Assembly: GCA_964016885.1 (NCBI GenBank)
Contig: OZ024741.1
Span: 287,432,001-287,496,000, forward strand
Origin: Eledone cirrhosa
Lineage: Eukaryota
Direction of reading: 5' to 3'
Length of the DNA: 64,000 nt
Shown here one piece after another: positions 39,549 to 54,298 of this stretch. Position 1 is the stretch's first letter. Every line of letters starts with the position of its first letter. Below the pieces are notes generated by a model. The model did not search any database. It saw only the letters and a program-made list of their open reading frames with translations, and was not told the DNA's origin. Both the position numbers and the translations under genes were made by a program.

Positions 39549-40308
39549 TATAATAAAATGTACATGTGGTCACTTCCCGATATATATAGAGAATTTATAT
39601 ATTTATATGACAGGCTTCTGTAGTTCCCGTCAACCAATTCCATGACTGAGCCTAAAACCACGTGTTTGCGAAGCGAAATACTTAACAGCGCAAACACGCT
39701 TAACTCTTATTAGTTACTTAAACCAAAAGTTAAACTTTTCTGTCCAAGCGGCCGACCCATCGATCGCAGAACCTTGTCAACCCATATCGACTTCTGGCGA
39801 CGTCGAAACTGCCCAAGTCCATCACAACGGCCGATGAGGATGGAGTTCTGTGGCCTTCTTTTGTATATATTTTTTTTTTAAATAATGCTTTAAGGTTTCC
39901 TCTAAAATAATTGTTTTTCGTTTTGTTTTCTTTCCGTACGTTTTCTTGTCCTTTGTCTGTTAATATTTTCCTGCAAAGTCACCTTTATAGATCCATTGAT
40001 TTCTCGGGGTCTATATCAGACACTTATGAGACCCTATGCTGTAAAGTTATATATGATTATCATGTATATAGTAAACAGGTTTACAAAACCGAAACTAAAT
40101 AGTTGGCACAGTCTACTATATGGTCGATTGCCTTAAACTGTGACTGAAATAAAAACATGTAAACACTCATGTACATATTATACGTACACACACAAACAAA
40201 CACATATGTATGTATGCATTCATACATATATTCATATACACTTATATGTATAATACAATATTTATAAATACTTATATGTATATATGTGTGTGTGTGTGTG
40301 TTGATATT

Positions 40309-40345
<37 letters not shown>

Positions 40346-40354
40346 GTATGAATG

Positions 40355-40397
<43 letters not shown>

Positions 40398-40406
40398 GTA
40401 TGAATG

Positions 40407-40440
<34 letters not shown>

Positions 40441-40445
40441 CATAC

Positions 40446-40527
<82 letters not shown>

Positions 40528-40536
40528 ATACATACA

Positions 40537-40645
<109 letters not shown>

Positions 40646-40878
40646 CGACATGCCTGCGTATTTTTGTTGTCATAGCATAAGTAAAAGCTAAAAGCTTACT
40701 TCTTGATGTGTTGCTGCTGTTGTTGATGCTGTTGACGTAGATATTACTGGTATTTTTGTCATCACAGAAACTAGGTATCATAACATAACCTTCTTCCTCC
40801 ATCCTGCATGTAATGTATCAACCTCCAAACCTGTGTTTACTAAAGTTTGCTTCGGAAAAAACCACCGCGAAACAATCC

Positions 40879-40973
<95 letters not shown>

Positions 40974-40989
40974 CAACAGTAGTAGCAAC

Positions 40990-41063
<74 letters not shown>

Positions 41064-41067
41064 CAAC

Positions 41068-41126
<59 letters not shown>

Positions 41127-41135
41127 CTGCAGCAA

Positions 41136-41212
<77 letters not shown>

Positions 41213-41249
41213 ATAGTAGTAGTAGCAACAATAGTAGTAGTAGCAACAA

Positions 41250-41297
<48 letters not shown>

Positions 41298-41496
41298 CAG
41301 TAGCGGGGGTTGTTGCGATTCTATGGTGACGGAGATGTTGGTGGTGGCGGTGGTAGTTATAAAGTGTTGGTGGCGGATATGGGAATCGTGAAGTAGTAGC
41401 AGAGATAGAGACAACAGTCACCGTTGTAGCAGCAACAGGAGCAACAATAGCAGTAGTAGTAGTAGCAGTAGTAGTAGTAGTAGTAGTAGTAGTAGC

Positions 41497-41530
<34 letters not shown>
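40879..41530. repeat. (AGT)n trinucleotide repeat, interrupted
   Basis: About 420 bp (40879-41303) plus a second tract 41450-41530. Confidence 0.95.
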
Positions 41531-41834
41531 ATTGTTACGCCTATTATTTATTATAGACAACAAGTTTCACGATATATATATATGCGTGTGTGTGTGTGTG
41601 CGTGTGCGTGTGTATGTGTGTGCGATACGATGCGCTTCTACATGAATGATATGGGGTGGTGTATGAATGAATGAAAGAATGTGTGTGATTAAGAGGATAT
41701 GTATGCACACATTTATGTATATATGTATATGCGTGTGTGTGTGTATGTGTGTCTGTGTGTGTGTCTGTGTGTGTTTGCGCGCGTGTGTGTGTGTGTATTT
41801 ACGTGTATGTGTGAGTTTGTGTGTGTGTCTGTAT

Positions 41835-41871
<37 letters not shown>

Positions 41872-41945
41872 CATGTGTGTGTGCGTATTTCCATTAACTC
41901 AGCGTGTTTCAATGATAAAATGTGTGATGAGGAGAAAATGTCGGC

Positions 41946-41999
<54 letters not shown>

Positions 42000-42001
<2 letters not shown>

Positions 42002-42184
42002 CGAAGGAAATGTGGTAAGGAACCAGGTGGACCATAACGCACCAAAGTACTCAATACTTGAGGTAGTAGAGTGGGTAATAGGAACCAGTAAGACCCCGAC
42101 AGCTGAGCTCAAGCCGTTTCGACGGCTAATTCTGGAATTAGCCGTCGAAACGGCTTGAGCTCAGCTGTCGGGGTCTTACTGGTT

Positions 42185-42188
<4 letters not shown>
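42000..42188. mobile_element. Family D fold-back mini-element
   Basis: Nearly identical to 39300-39512 and 2511-2694, with a different junction inside stem II. Confidence 0.85.
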
Positions 42189-42261
<73 letters not shown>

Positions 42262-42321
42262 ACTATATATATATATGGACTATACCTAAGTGGACTGCAT
42301 TTAACTATTATTTGTTACCCC

Positions 42322-42410
<89 letters not shown>

Positions 42411-42550
42411 AGTGGCGAAGGGTAGCCTGGAAAGCAGGGCATGCAGTCCAATAGCCATGGCGGAAAGTGGGGTTGTGCAGCCTTACCCCTCCCCCCAATT
42501 CCCTCTAAATGACCCTCCCGGTCAAAGCCGCATGTAGTGCTATCTAGTGT

Positions 42551-42582
<32 letters not shown>

Positions 42583-42777
42583 TATCTTTTTATGAGCCTA
42601 CGATTTAGTAAGCAGTCAAAATTCTGCTTGCCCCAAAGCTGTCGTGTGTTTGTGTGTATGTGTGTGTTACCTTTTTTTGTGTCTATACGTTTTAGTAAGC
42701 AACCGACGCAATTGATCAACCCAAGATTCTATAACGCATACACTGCATGCCTTGCATGCACGGACCCTTTGCCCCTG

Positions 42778-42816
<39 letters not shown>

Positions 42817-42822
<6 letters not shown>

Positions 42823-43174
42823 AAAAAGGGATGAAATCGAAAATGCAACAGGAGTCTTATTTTTTTTTTAAATATATATATTTATTTGGTTCCTTTACCG
42901 GTTTCGCAGTTCTTCTGCTTTTCAAAAGGTGAGTTGAGATGAAGGGTCTGTGGTTTTTCTCAGATGTGAGAAAAACCACAGACCCTCCATCTCAACTCAC
43001 CTTTTGAAAAGCAGAAGAACTGCGAAACCGGTAAAGGAACCAAATAAATATATATATTTTTTAAAAAAATAAGACTTCAGTTGCATTTTCGATTTCATCC
43101 CTTTTTCTTTATACCTTCACTCGTGTAGGACACCTCGGTTATTTTTCATTTTGTAAAAAAAACCTCACTTTCTA

Positions 43175-43176
<2 letters not shown>
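42817..43176. mobile_element. Fold-back non-autonomous derivative of the PLE pseudo-LTR with two HHRs (42892-42929 minus, 43000-43037 plus)
   Basis: Near-identical to 25224-25433; centre TTTCTCA GATG TGAGAAA; (TA)n on both sides. Confidence 0.92.
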
Positions 43177-43211
<35 letters not shown>

Positions 43212-43344
43212 CTAGGGTGTGGACTATAACCCAGAAGAGTACTCGATACTTGGGGTAGTAGAGTGGGTAATATGAAAAGATTCAAGACGCCGACGGCTGA
43301 CATCTGGCAGTTTCCACAGCTAGATCCGAACCAAATCGCCGGTA

Positions 43345-44120
<776 letters not shown>

Positions 44121-44477
44121 TACCGTATTTCCCGGCGCCGAGGACGCTTCGTCCTCGAGGACGCACCCTAATTTTGATAACCAAAATTTTGCGAAAAAAT
44201 AATAAACAACCTTCTAAACCACACTTTACTGTCCCAAGTTTCAAGTACTCGAGTTCAATCCTGATATATATATGTGTTAATATGTGTGTGGTTGTGTGTG
44301 TGTGTGGCTGTGTGTGTGTGTGTGTGTGTGTGTAGCTGTGTTGTGTGTGTGTGTTTGTGCGTGTGTCTGTTTCCACTAACTCGGCGTGTCACATTGTCTC
44401 AGTTAAATAAACTAGTTACAGTTAAGGGGCTTCAATCTACGTAGGCCTCAAAGACGTACGTAACCACACACGAACAC

Positions 44478-44509
<32 letters not shown>

Positions 44510-44512
<3 letters not shown>

Positions 44513-44683
44513 GTAAAATTCCGTTATAACGAATACCATTATAACGAATATTTCATTATAACGAGATTTTTCTCAATCCCAGGCCACACACTCAATGTGT
44601 TGGGTCGATCTTGTTATAAAGAATTTTTTGTTACAACGAATTTTTTTATACCCCGAGAATTTCATTATAACGGAATTTTACTG
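44510..44683. mobile_element. Tc1/mariner (pogo-like) MITE
   Basis: TIRs CAG(G)TAAAATTCCGTTATAA / TTATAACGGAATTTTACTG, TA target, internal TTATAACGA repeats. Confidence 0.85.
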
Positions 44684-44699
44684 TATATATATATATATT

Positions 44700-44892
44700 G
44701 TTTTAATATAGATGAGATTCTACAGGACTAGAACTGTTTCATTCTTTAGAAATCATCAGGAATTCTGATGATTTCTAAAGAATGAAACAGTTCTAGTCCT
44801 GTAGAATCTCATCTATATTAAAACTTTTATACTCTGCAATGTATTGAGTACCTTACTTACTGTGGTTACCTCCGATTCAACCCGGAATAACG
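44700..44892. mobile_element. Family B fold-back element with head-to-head HHRs (44716-44764 minus; 44761-44808 plus)
   Basis: Near-perfect 60-bp arms; ATTC CTGATGA T TTC TAAA GAA T GAAACAG TTCTAGTC CTGTA GAAT; GAGTAC 44846. Confidence 0.88.
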
Positions 44893-45038
44893 TATATATA
44901 TATATATATATATATATTTATTAAAATAACAGATTAAAGTTTAAGCATTATTATATATATATATATATATATAAATATATATATATACACACACACACAC
45001 ACAAATATATATATATATATATATATACATCCGCCCAC

Positions 45039-45084
<46 letters not shown>

Positions 45085-46466
45085 ACATATGTATATATTT
45101 ATATAATATATATGTATCTATGAAAAAGGCTATGGATTTAGGAATGTCGTTTGAAGGTTAGATATCTGTGTTATGGGTCACTGTGTTCTGAGTTCAAACC
45201 TGGCCAGGTGTTCATAAATGAAGGCTGTTACTTCTCTCATTCTCTGTGTATGTTGCGTACCTTCTTTATTTAGGAAGGCCTCTGACCAATCACATTGCCA
45301 CAATTTCACTCTCTATATTTGGTCCGAACGTGGAAGGGCCGAACTCCCACTGTGATCGCCTCCATCTCTCTCGCCCTCCCCATCTCTCTGTATGGTGAGC
45401 TAATGGGGTCCCACGCGCTGGCCTCCCCACAGCCCCGGCGGACAGAATGGAGAAGGCGTTTCCCCGGAGGATGGGTGAGGGAGAGCCTAGTGCTGACACG
45501 GTCCCTTCTCCCTTCAGCTGTCACATCATGGATGTTCTGATGGATCAAGACAATTAGAGACCAGAAGGAATCTATGTCTGCTCGGAACATCATGGCCACC
45601 CCTTAGCGACAGAACGGTATATATATAACGAAGTTATACACAATCTCAGTGGTGGCTATACGTTATTTATTTATATATAGGTGTGTGAGTCTTTGTGTGT
45701 ATGTGTGTGCGTCTGTGTGTATCTATGTGTGTGTCTTGTGTGCCTGTGTGTGTAGCTATATGTGTGTATGTGTGTTTATGTGTGTGCCTGTGTGTGAATG
45801 TGTGTGTATGTGTGTGTGTGTCTGTGTATGTGTGAATGTCTGTGTGTATGTGTGTGTGTTCTAAGGATATTAAGCAATTCCAAACGCAGAAAGTAGCTGT
45901 AAACACAGCCGATTGTTATATATAATAGCTTAGAAAATCGTGTGAAATACTCCTCTGGATGGGAAAAAAATTTACTCCGCCTGTTTGAATTTTACCCACA
46001 AGACATGAGTTGACTTGAGGCTATAATAAATGACATTTACCCCAAATGCCATGCAGTATGATCAAGCCCTGGACCTAATAATCGTTTCTACTTTTGGCAC
46101 AAGACCAGCAATTAGCCAGTGCATTACTGGTACTTTATTTTATCGACCCCGTAAGGTAAAGTTAACCTCAGCGGGATTTGAACTCAGAATAGCAAGGGCC
46201 GAAACTCTATGCGTCAAAGCATGGCGTCTGACCCTCTACCGACTCTACCCTAGACCTAATAATGACTGTGAGGGGAACTTCTTAACCATTCTTCTAAACT
46301 GCGTTAAAAAGGTGGGGATGGTGTTGGTGTTGGCACAAAGCATATTTATCTCTGGTGGTTCTCTATTCCCTATGATTAAATACATACCTCTTTGTGTATT
46401 TCTCTCTATATACTGATTTATAAAGAGCCCGGAATCTATTCCTTGAGCTCATTAAATTATGGGAGA

Positions 46467-46497
<31 letters not shown>

Positions 46498-46544
46498 AGA
46501 ATTTGGCAAAACAGGCCATTTATCGCTCGTATACAGGAAACTAA

Positions 46545-46652
46545 CTGACCAGTCTGCTGATATTTAAAATCTGGCTGATCAGTGGATCTGCTAATATGCA
46601 TATCTGACTGATCAGCCAGTCTGCTAATATACAAATCAGGCCGATCAGTCAC
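46545..46652. repeat. Degenerate minisatellite, about 36 bp x 3
   Basis: Recurring TCTGCT(A/G)ATAT....ATC.G.C.GATCAG. Confidence 0.7.
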
Positions 46653-47016
46653 TGTGTATTTTTGAAAATAGCATATATTTTCACTACCTCTTGTAGTTTG
46701 GCAGGTGAACAGTGAGCTGTACTGATGAAGGATGATATCCTGAAACATTAGTGTCTGCAGTTCTGTTCGCATGCCAACATAAGAGCAAGAATGAAGTGTT
46801 AATTCTACTGACATGGCTATAAAATTGAGGCTTGTTTGCATAATTGAAAACGAATCGAATGTTTTTATTAACATTCGAAAAATTCAGATTACATATATAG
46901 GAAAATGTTTAACCCCGACGGCAGAGCTCATTTTCCTATTACCCACTCTACTACCCTAAGTATTGAGTACTCTGGTGCGTTATGGTCCATCTGGTTGCTT
47001 ACCACACCTCCTTCGT

Positions 47017-47073
<57 letters not shown>

Positions 47074-47114
47074 GTTAGTCCGGGTTGAATCGGAGGTAAC
47101 CACAGATTCCTGAT

Positions 47115-47163
47115 GATTCCTGATGATTTCTAAAGAATGAAACAGTTCTAGTCCTGTAGAATC
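47115..47163 (+). ncRNA. Type I HHR (family B)
   Basis: GATTC CTGATGA T TTC TAAA GAA T GAA ACAG TTCTAGTC CTGT A GAATC. Confidence 0.85.
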
Positions 47164-48128
47164 TCATCTATATTAAAACTATATATATATATATATATAG
47201 TTTTATATACATGTATATATACAGTCAGACAGACACATATGATATTATATGTATATACACATCTATTTTTCTATATCGATACTTATATACATGTATATGT
47301 ATATATATGTGTGTGTGTCTGTGTGTGTGCACATATATCTATATCCACCCGCACGCACGTTCTTGTATGCACGTGTAAATCCGGGTAAACCACTGTGTTA
47401 CTCAGACCTTTATAAGATATCACTTATTATTAGATACCTGAACGACATCAAACAAATGAATGATCCTTTTCTAGCATTCAAAATATTACCGGAAGAAAAT
47501 TCCCATTAGCTGTTTAGCTAAATCTTACATTAAGGTAATAGTTGTTAAATATTCTAGCAATGATTAATAGGGTAGTGTTCACCGAAACAGTTTTGGAACT
47601 CTTTCATGTAATGGACCTAATATTTATCATGCAAACCAATCGATATTCTTCGTCTATTCTTCGTTCAGTGGTCTTTGGTTGGGGACATGCTTAATTATAT
47701 TACGAATTTGCTCACCTTTAAAGCTTTATTATAATAAGAGGCTGCCTTGTCTGAAATGTCTTTACATGCTGACAAATTTGAAATATTCTACTTAGACTAT
47801 TGATAAGATTTCTTAATCGTATAGGTGTATGGTGATACAAAGCTCTTCTTCTTATATATATATATTGTACAAACACTCACACATACAAATATATATATAC
47901 ATATGTGTGTATATATATTTGTGTGTGTGTGTGTGTGTATACTTGCGTTTTTCTTGATGTATCTACGTTTCTACCATTCAGATTTATGTGCTTGATGGTC
48001 CTCTTTGTTTATTCATATATGTATGTGTGTCTCTAGACATAATTATGTCTCTGGTAGACATATTTCCATAAATATTTGCATACATTTATATGATCTTTCT
48101 GAAATTATTGCACTTCCCTGAGCTACAC

Positions 48129-48226
<98 letters not shown>

Positions 48227-51129
48227 ATATACACTCATACGAATGTACATACATACATAGACTTAGCGTCGAATGAAATCCCCATGGCAAAGATGAATAT
48301 TCATTCTTTCATATAATGACTACTAGCCCCTACTAAATGTACTATCAATACAGAAGAAAGGGCGGTTATATTCTTTATAAAAATGCAAAAACAATACCAT
48401 GGCAGTAATCTAATAGGGAAATTTAATTGATAAACAACCCGTGTATTACTGGTACATGTGTCATGGCTTGACAGAAACCAAATATCAGCTAATGTAGATC
48501 GCAGAATTAACCAGAGAAATTCCATTGTAATTAAATCATGACCTTACTAATTCTACAAAAGACCTGGGAGAGAGATCTAGATAGGGAACATGAAATGGAT
48601 GGGAAGATTACTAAGAGAGAATATACCTTCTCTAACTTTACCGCAAAGCAACTCCACTAGCAAGCCTCATTTATTAAGAAGAAATATGTTAAACTAACCA
48701 ACGAACAAAATACAAACAACCCAGTGAAGCTATCCTTCAAGAAGTATGCTAGGAACATGATAGACAATCGAAATAAGAACCAGAACAGTAGCAATGAGAC
48801 ACAGCTACTGCCGCCATTATATGAAAGGACATTAAATACATGCAAACATAGAAATAAATGACGATTACAAACACCTTACATCAGACTTCACGGCAAAATT
48901 TAGTTGACAACACAAGTATAAGCTCCAAGTTCATGGACTTCCAATGTTCTACTATATTGAGTTTCAATATCCATTCACTGATAGTGGAGAATAACAGAGA
49001 GCTATCACAACGAAATCGCATAATCGAAATGGATCACATCAATTCAAAGGAAAATTGACTGTCCATGGAAAAATATCGCCAAGTGGATGCTATCATTAGT
49101 TGCGTAGGTATAATTAGAGGGATAGCTGGCTGTTATTTCAAGGAAGGAGAGCCCCCATAGAGTATGGTGTTGTATGGTCCCGTAACTCCTAAAGGAGTCA
49201 TAGGGGCGCCGTAATAACATACGGCCTTTCTAAGGAATTTTTAAGCCTAGCGGAGCCCATCACTCTCCAGGACAGTACGGCTGATTTCCTTCAGAGAAAG
49301 ATAGAAAGTGAGAGAGAAGAAGTGAAGAAGAGATATAGATGATGAGTCGACCCCAGTACTAGACCGGTTCTTTTTTATCAACCTCGTAAGGATGAAAGGC
49401 AAAATTGACCTCGGCGGCATTTGAACTCAGAGAGCAGAGAACGTCCATATAAAGGCTCCTTTCTTGGTTTTTGCAGTATAACCTGGTGTAATTTATTTCC
49501 ATATTAGGCCTGATTCGCCATATATATGATTAAAGGTATTCCAGCCGTTAGCAACTCATCACGTTTTACACATTGGTCTATATTGTCTATCCTTTCTTTA
49601 TTAAGATGTGAGATTTGGCTACCATTTCTAGCAGGCTGAGCAGCCACGCAGAAGTATCTTCGTTGTTTCGTATGTAATGTAGAATTACAGACGAATGTTA
49701 CGTTATGTTGTTTAGCCCAGACCAATCATAATCGAGTAGACTATGATTAAATGCGTTCTAGCTATAACCGTCTCATCACTGTTTAAGGCATATGATATCC
49801 CGTTTCACATTGTCGAATAAGGAATTATCTAAAACAGTAAAGTGTAGATGGAGAAATAATTAGCTGCTATTTCTAGCAGTTCAACTGACTATGTAGTGGT
49901 TCTACACATGATTTAAGTGTAATGTAGCTCCATATCGGGCGTGATCGACAGATATTATCAAAGGTGTTCAAGTAGTGACGGAACCATCCGTTTAGTGGTA
50001 TGTAGGACATCACCTAACGTGTCATTTCTTTGTTTAGGACAACAGGCTCCAGCAAGTTTTAAATTCTCCATCTATCTCGACAGTAACCCTACGATTCTGC
50101 CATGAATTAAAAGCCGATGGATGAATGGATATGTGAATCAAAATAAAATTCACATCTACGTCTAGCCGATGGGAGTGAATATGCTTCGCTGACGAGACCT
50201 AACAAGAGCGAATCATTTCCGCATCTTTCACAAGTTGACTTTAAAAATAAAATCTATTCCTAATTGCATTGTGTTTACTTTTCAAAAAATCGAAGTAGCT
50301 GATGTTGTTACTTTTAGATTTTAACACTCCTGGAGGAAAATTTTTCTGTTCAAATTAAATAGATAATGTTTGTTAATTGAAGATTTCTAGCTCACTGTAT
50401 GACAATCAACACTTTGCCGTGTACGTATGTATATGTATATGTATGTATGTGCGTATGTATGTTTCTATATACGTATGCTTGTTTTACATGTATGTTTGTA
50501 TGAATGTACGTGTGTTTGTATGTATGCATATATGTATATATATAAATATGCAGTACGTACAATCTGGACTCACACACGCTTTTTTGTTATGACAATACTA
50601 TACATCATTTCACCGCTTTTGTTATTGATGTTATTGATGTTCTTTTGAGAGAATCGTTTTTGAAAATGACTGAAAATATCGAATAATGTACGCCATTTTT
50701 ACCAGTACCACAAACATACTGCTCCATCCACGCACACACACACACGCACACACACTTCTCCGTATAAGACAAGAGCTTAAAAATATGTTAACATGTTAAA
50801 ATACCCCCCCCCCCTTCCACACACACACACACACACGTACACACACATTCCTACTGACCGATTCATTTCCATTATCACAACAATGAACCGAGGTTCAAAT
50901 CCCGCCGAGGTTGACTTTGCCTTTCATCCTTACGGGGTCGATAAAATAAAGTACCAGTAATGCACTGGGTAATTGCTGGCCTTGTGCCTAAAGTAGAAAC
51001 AATTATCACAACAATGAACCACTTTGCTACACATACACACACACACACATATTTGTCTTAATAGACACCTGAACTGTTGACCTCTCAACATGACTGCAAC
51101 TCAATCAAGCCTAAAAGGACACTCTTCAG

Positions 51130-51544
51130 CAAACCTACATCTGGCGCGAAACCAGTTCGCGCTAAAATCAATTTAAACATTCACGTGACTTCTACCGACC
51201 AATCAAAATTGTTTTGACTACAAGAATTTTTTGCAACACGAATTGGCGCGAAATTTATAGTGCTTATTCACGTGACATTCAACAACCAACCAAATTGTAA
51301 TACCTTCTAAGCCACTTTTTTCACATAAAACAGGAACAATTTCCAAAACTTATCAGATTAGAGCAAAAATCACGAGCACTCTATCTCAAAATTATTTTTG
51401 AAAAGCATAAGAAATGCGCAACCGGTAAAAACTTAAAACTAAAACTGAATACTAACTAATACTTATTACTAATTTATACTTATTCCTAATTAAACTATTT
51501 TTCACTGGGAAAAATTTGTCAGCATTTTCTTTTCCTTTTTATTA

Positions 51545-51545
<1 letters not shown>
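51130..51545 (+). mobile_element. Diverged solo PLE pseudo-LTR with decayed U3-A8 HHR (51395-51430)
   Basis: Patchy similarity to reverse complement of 25350-25710; TTT TTGAAAA GCAT AAGAA ATGC GCA ACCGGT A AAA. Confidence 0.75.
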
Positions 51546-51633
<88 letters not shown>

Positions 51634-51643
51634 AGTGTGTGTG

Positions 51644-53710
51644 GTGAGGGCGAAGGTCGTCATTGACCGGACGAGGGAGAAGAAGGCGCTGCATTTGGCG
51701 TCGAAGGGAGAACGCGTCCGGGTCTTCAACGAGGCGCAACTGCAGGAAGCCATCATGCAGGAAAACTGGCGTCAGGGGGACGGCATAGACGCTGACTGCG
51801 ACTCACTGATAAGGAAACTGAAGGAGTGCTTGAGGAAGGCTAAGGTGTGTGCCCGAGGGAGCAGAAGAGAAGAGTCTCGGAGGAAACTATGTAGTTGCTT
51901 AAGAAGAGGGAGAATATGAAGATGACACCTGAAGATCACCTCGAATATTCCCTTCTCAGCAAAGTGATACGTCAACAACTGAAAAGAGACTTCGAGGCAT
52001 ACCGGATGGAGAAGCTCCTGACGGCCGCAAAGGAAAAGAAAAGCCTCAAGAAATGCGAGAGGGACATGACAATGTACAGATCGGAGGTGACGACCATGAA
52101 AAACACAGCTGGAGTACCGGTCAGCGACAAGAGTGAGGTGGAAAAGGTTTGCGAAGACTTCTACACGAAGCTCTTCAAGTCTGCCGGAATGTGCAGCTGT
52201 TGCCATCACTCCAACAGGAAGAAAATGAGCTACCCATCCTTGTCGGTGAGGTCGAAAGAGCCGTCGGCTTGATGAAAAGCGGAAAGGCACCAGGGAAAGA
52301 CGGCATAACATTGGAGGTGTTGAAGTCAGGCGGAGAGCAGCTCTGGAAAATCCTCGCCGAGTGATTCACACACTATCTGGACGAGGGAAGAATACCCTCA
52401 CAGTGGAAAGAGTCGAATACCATCCTGCTACACAAGAAGGGCGATAGAGAAAATCTGAAGAACTACCGACCCATATGCCTGCTGTCTCGCGTGTACAAAC
52501 TGTTCACGAAGATAATCCTGAACAGGTTATCACGTCATCTGGACGAACAGCAACCGAGATAGCAAGCCGGTTTCTGGAAAAACTACAGCACGATGGATCA
52601 CATATTTACTCTGACACAACTGCTTGAGCGAGCAAAAGAGTACAAGATGCCTCTTTGCGTCACGTTCGTAAACTACGAGAAGGCCTTCGACAGCGTCGAA
52701 ATCAACGCAGTGCTGAACTCGCTGCAGAGGCAAGGAGTCGAGGCGCAATACGTTCAACTGCTCAGGGAAGCGAGTTCCGGATGCACCACCGACATAGCTC
52801 TGCTGTCATCACCCGTACGAGTGCCCGTCGAGAAGGGAGTGAAGCAAGGAGATACGATCTCTCCAAAACCTTTCACCGCGTGTCTCGAGCAGATCATCAG
52901 AGGCATTGACTGGCAAGGCGGTGTCAACATCAACGGCGAGATACTTACCCACCTCCCTTTCGCTGATGACATCGTACTCATCGCTGAAACCACGGATCAG
53001 CTTCAGACAATGCTGACGGAGCTCGACATTAAAAGCCCTGCAGTAGACCTCAAGATGAACCGCATGAAAACGAAGTTCATGCGGTCCGACAACGTGCCAA
53101 CTGGTCGAATGGTGGTTGGCGGTGATGAAATAGAGGAGGTGGAGGAATATGTCTACCTAGAACAAGAAGTGAACATGCGCCGAGACATTGAGAGGGAGAT
53201 CTCGTGGAGAGTAAGGGCCGGATGTAAGGCGTTCAACGGCATAAGGGATGTGCTCAAGGGGAGGTTGGACAAGACCACCCGCGCCAACCTCTTCAATAGC
53301 ACAGTTTTAGCTTCAATGTTATATGGCAGTGAAACTTGGGCTACAGCGAAGAGAGAAGAGCAGAGGCTGGTAACGGCTCAAAGAGCCATGGAGAGATCAA
53401 TGCTAGGAATCTGACAGAAGTCCGGCGTGAGGGACGTCATCACGGAATATATGCGCAGCAAGTTCAGATGGGCTGGACACGTCGCCCGATTCACCGATAA
53501 TCGGTGGACCCGCGCAGTTGCCGAGTGGTACCAGCACGAGCGGAAACGACCACTCGGAAGGCCTCCACGAGGGTGGAGTTACGATTTTAAGAATACGATT
53601 GGGAATACATGGATGAGGAAAGCACGATCCAGAGAGGAATGGACGGCGTGCTGTGACCAGCGGCGCTGAAATGACGCCCGACAGACTGGTCGGTGAAGGT
53701 GATCAAGGTG
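51644..53710 (+). mobile_element. RTE-clade LINE, 5'-truncated, several stops and frameshifts
   Basis: KAPGKDG, NYRPICLL, YEKAFDSV, GVKQGDTISPK, FADD, YGSETW, RWAGHVAR, RPLGRP; tail GGTGAAGGTGATCAAGGTGA. Confidence 0.93.
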
Positions 53711-54209
53711 ATATATATATATATATATCAAAATTATTCATACAAATCAATCGAAGCGGAGATATAAGTAATTAATTATGAGTATTATATGGCAGTAGTG
53801 AGGGGGATAGTGTGCTCAATACGTATTAGATGCAAGACAAGTGAACAATGTGAGTAAGCCAGAAAAATAATGTCAAGCATTAATTAGCTTTAACCTCCTT
53901 TATCCAAGCCCTTCTGCCCCTTTTTCTGACTAATTTAATACTCTTTCACCATGTTCTTTATAACCCCCCCCCCCTGTTTAATCATTCTAATTTCAATCTC
54001 TTTCTATATTGTTTTATTTCCCTTTATATTGTTTGACTGGTATATTTAGTAACCCTGTTGCCCTATCCCTTTCGGCCATAGCGCAAATCATTACACCTAT
54101 TTATACCCCATTTAACTCACTCATTTTTATAATTTTTGATTTATGGGGGTCGAGGTCAGTGTTGGAGCATATGTACAAACTTTAGATGTGTCTTTGCATA
54201 TATAAGCTC

Positions 54210-54298
54210 GCATATCTGACGAGATGTCGAAAAAGAGTCGCGCCCTGTCACCTTCATTGTACCCTGAGCTGATCGATATCGAAACAATTGAAACATGC
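54210..54298 (+). ncRNA. Decayed HHR with long stem II insert
   Basis: GCATAT CTGACGA GATGTCGA..TCGATATC GAA ACAATTGA A ACATGC; cleavage-site U lost. Confidence 0.55.

Noticed and set aside
39745-39860. GC-rich patch with GAAAC..GTC..CCGATGAG (type II HHR or terminal exon)
   Set aside because: Stems I and II do not pair convincingly; short ORF has no recognisable homology.
42412-42545. GC-rich island, possible LINE 5' UTR or twister-like RNA
   Set aside because: Could not build a consensus ribozyme fold; single copy in window.
44123-44200. CCGTATTT..GACGCAC Tc1/pogo-like terminus
   Set aside because: Only one end visible; no matching TIR.
45290-45610. Possible L1/Tx1 endonuclease remnant (GVAMMF..) on minus strand
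   Set aside because: Diagnostic YAP/GDFN motifs not recoverable.
48300-49080. Possible very old PLE coding remnant
   Set aside because: Too decayed; no unambiguous motif.
50180-50225. CTGACGAG..CGAAT hammerhead-like motif
   Set aside because: GAAA, stem II and cleavage site are all defective.
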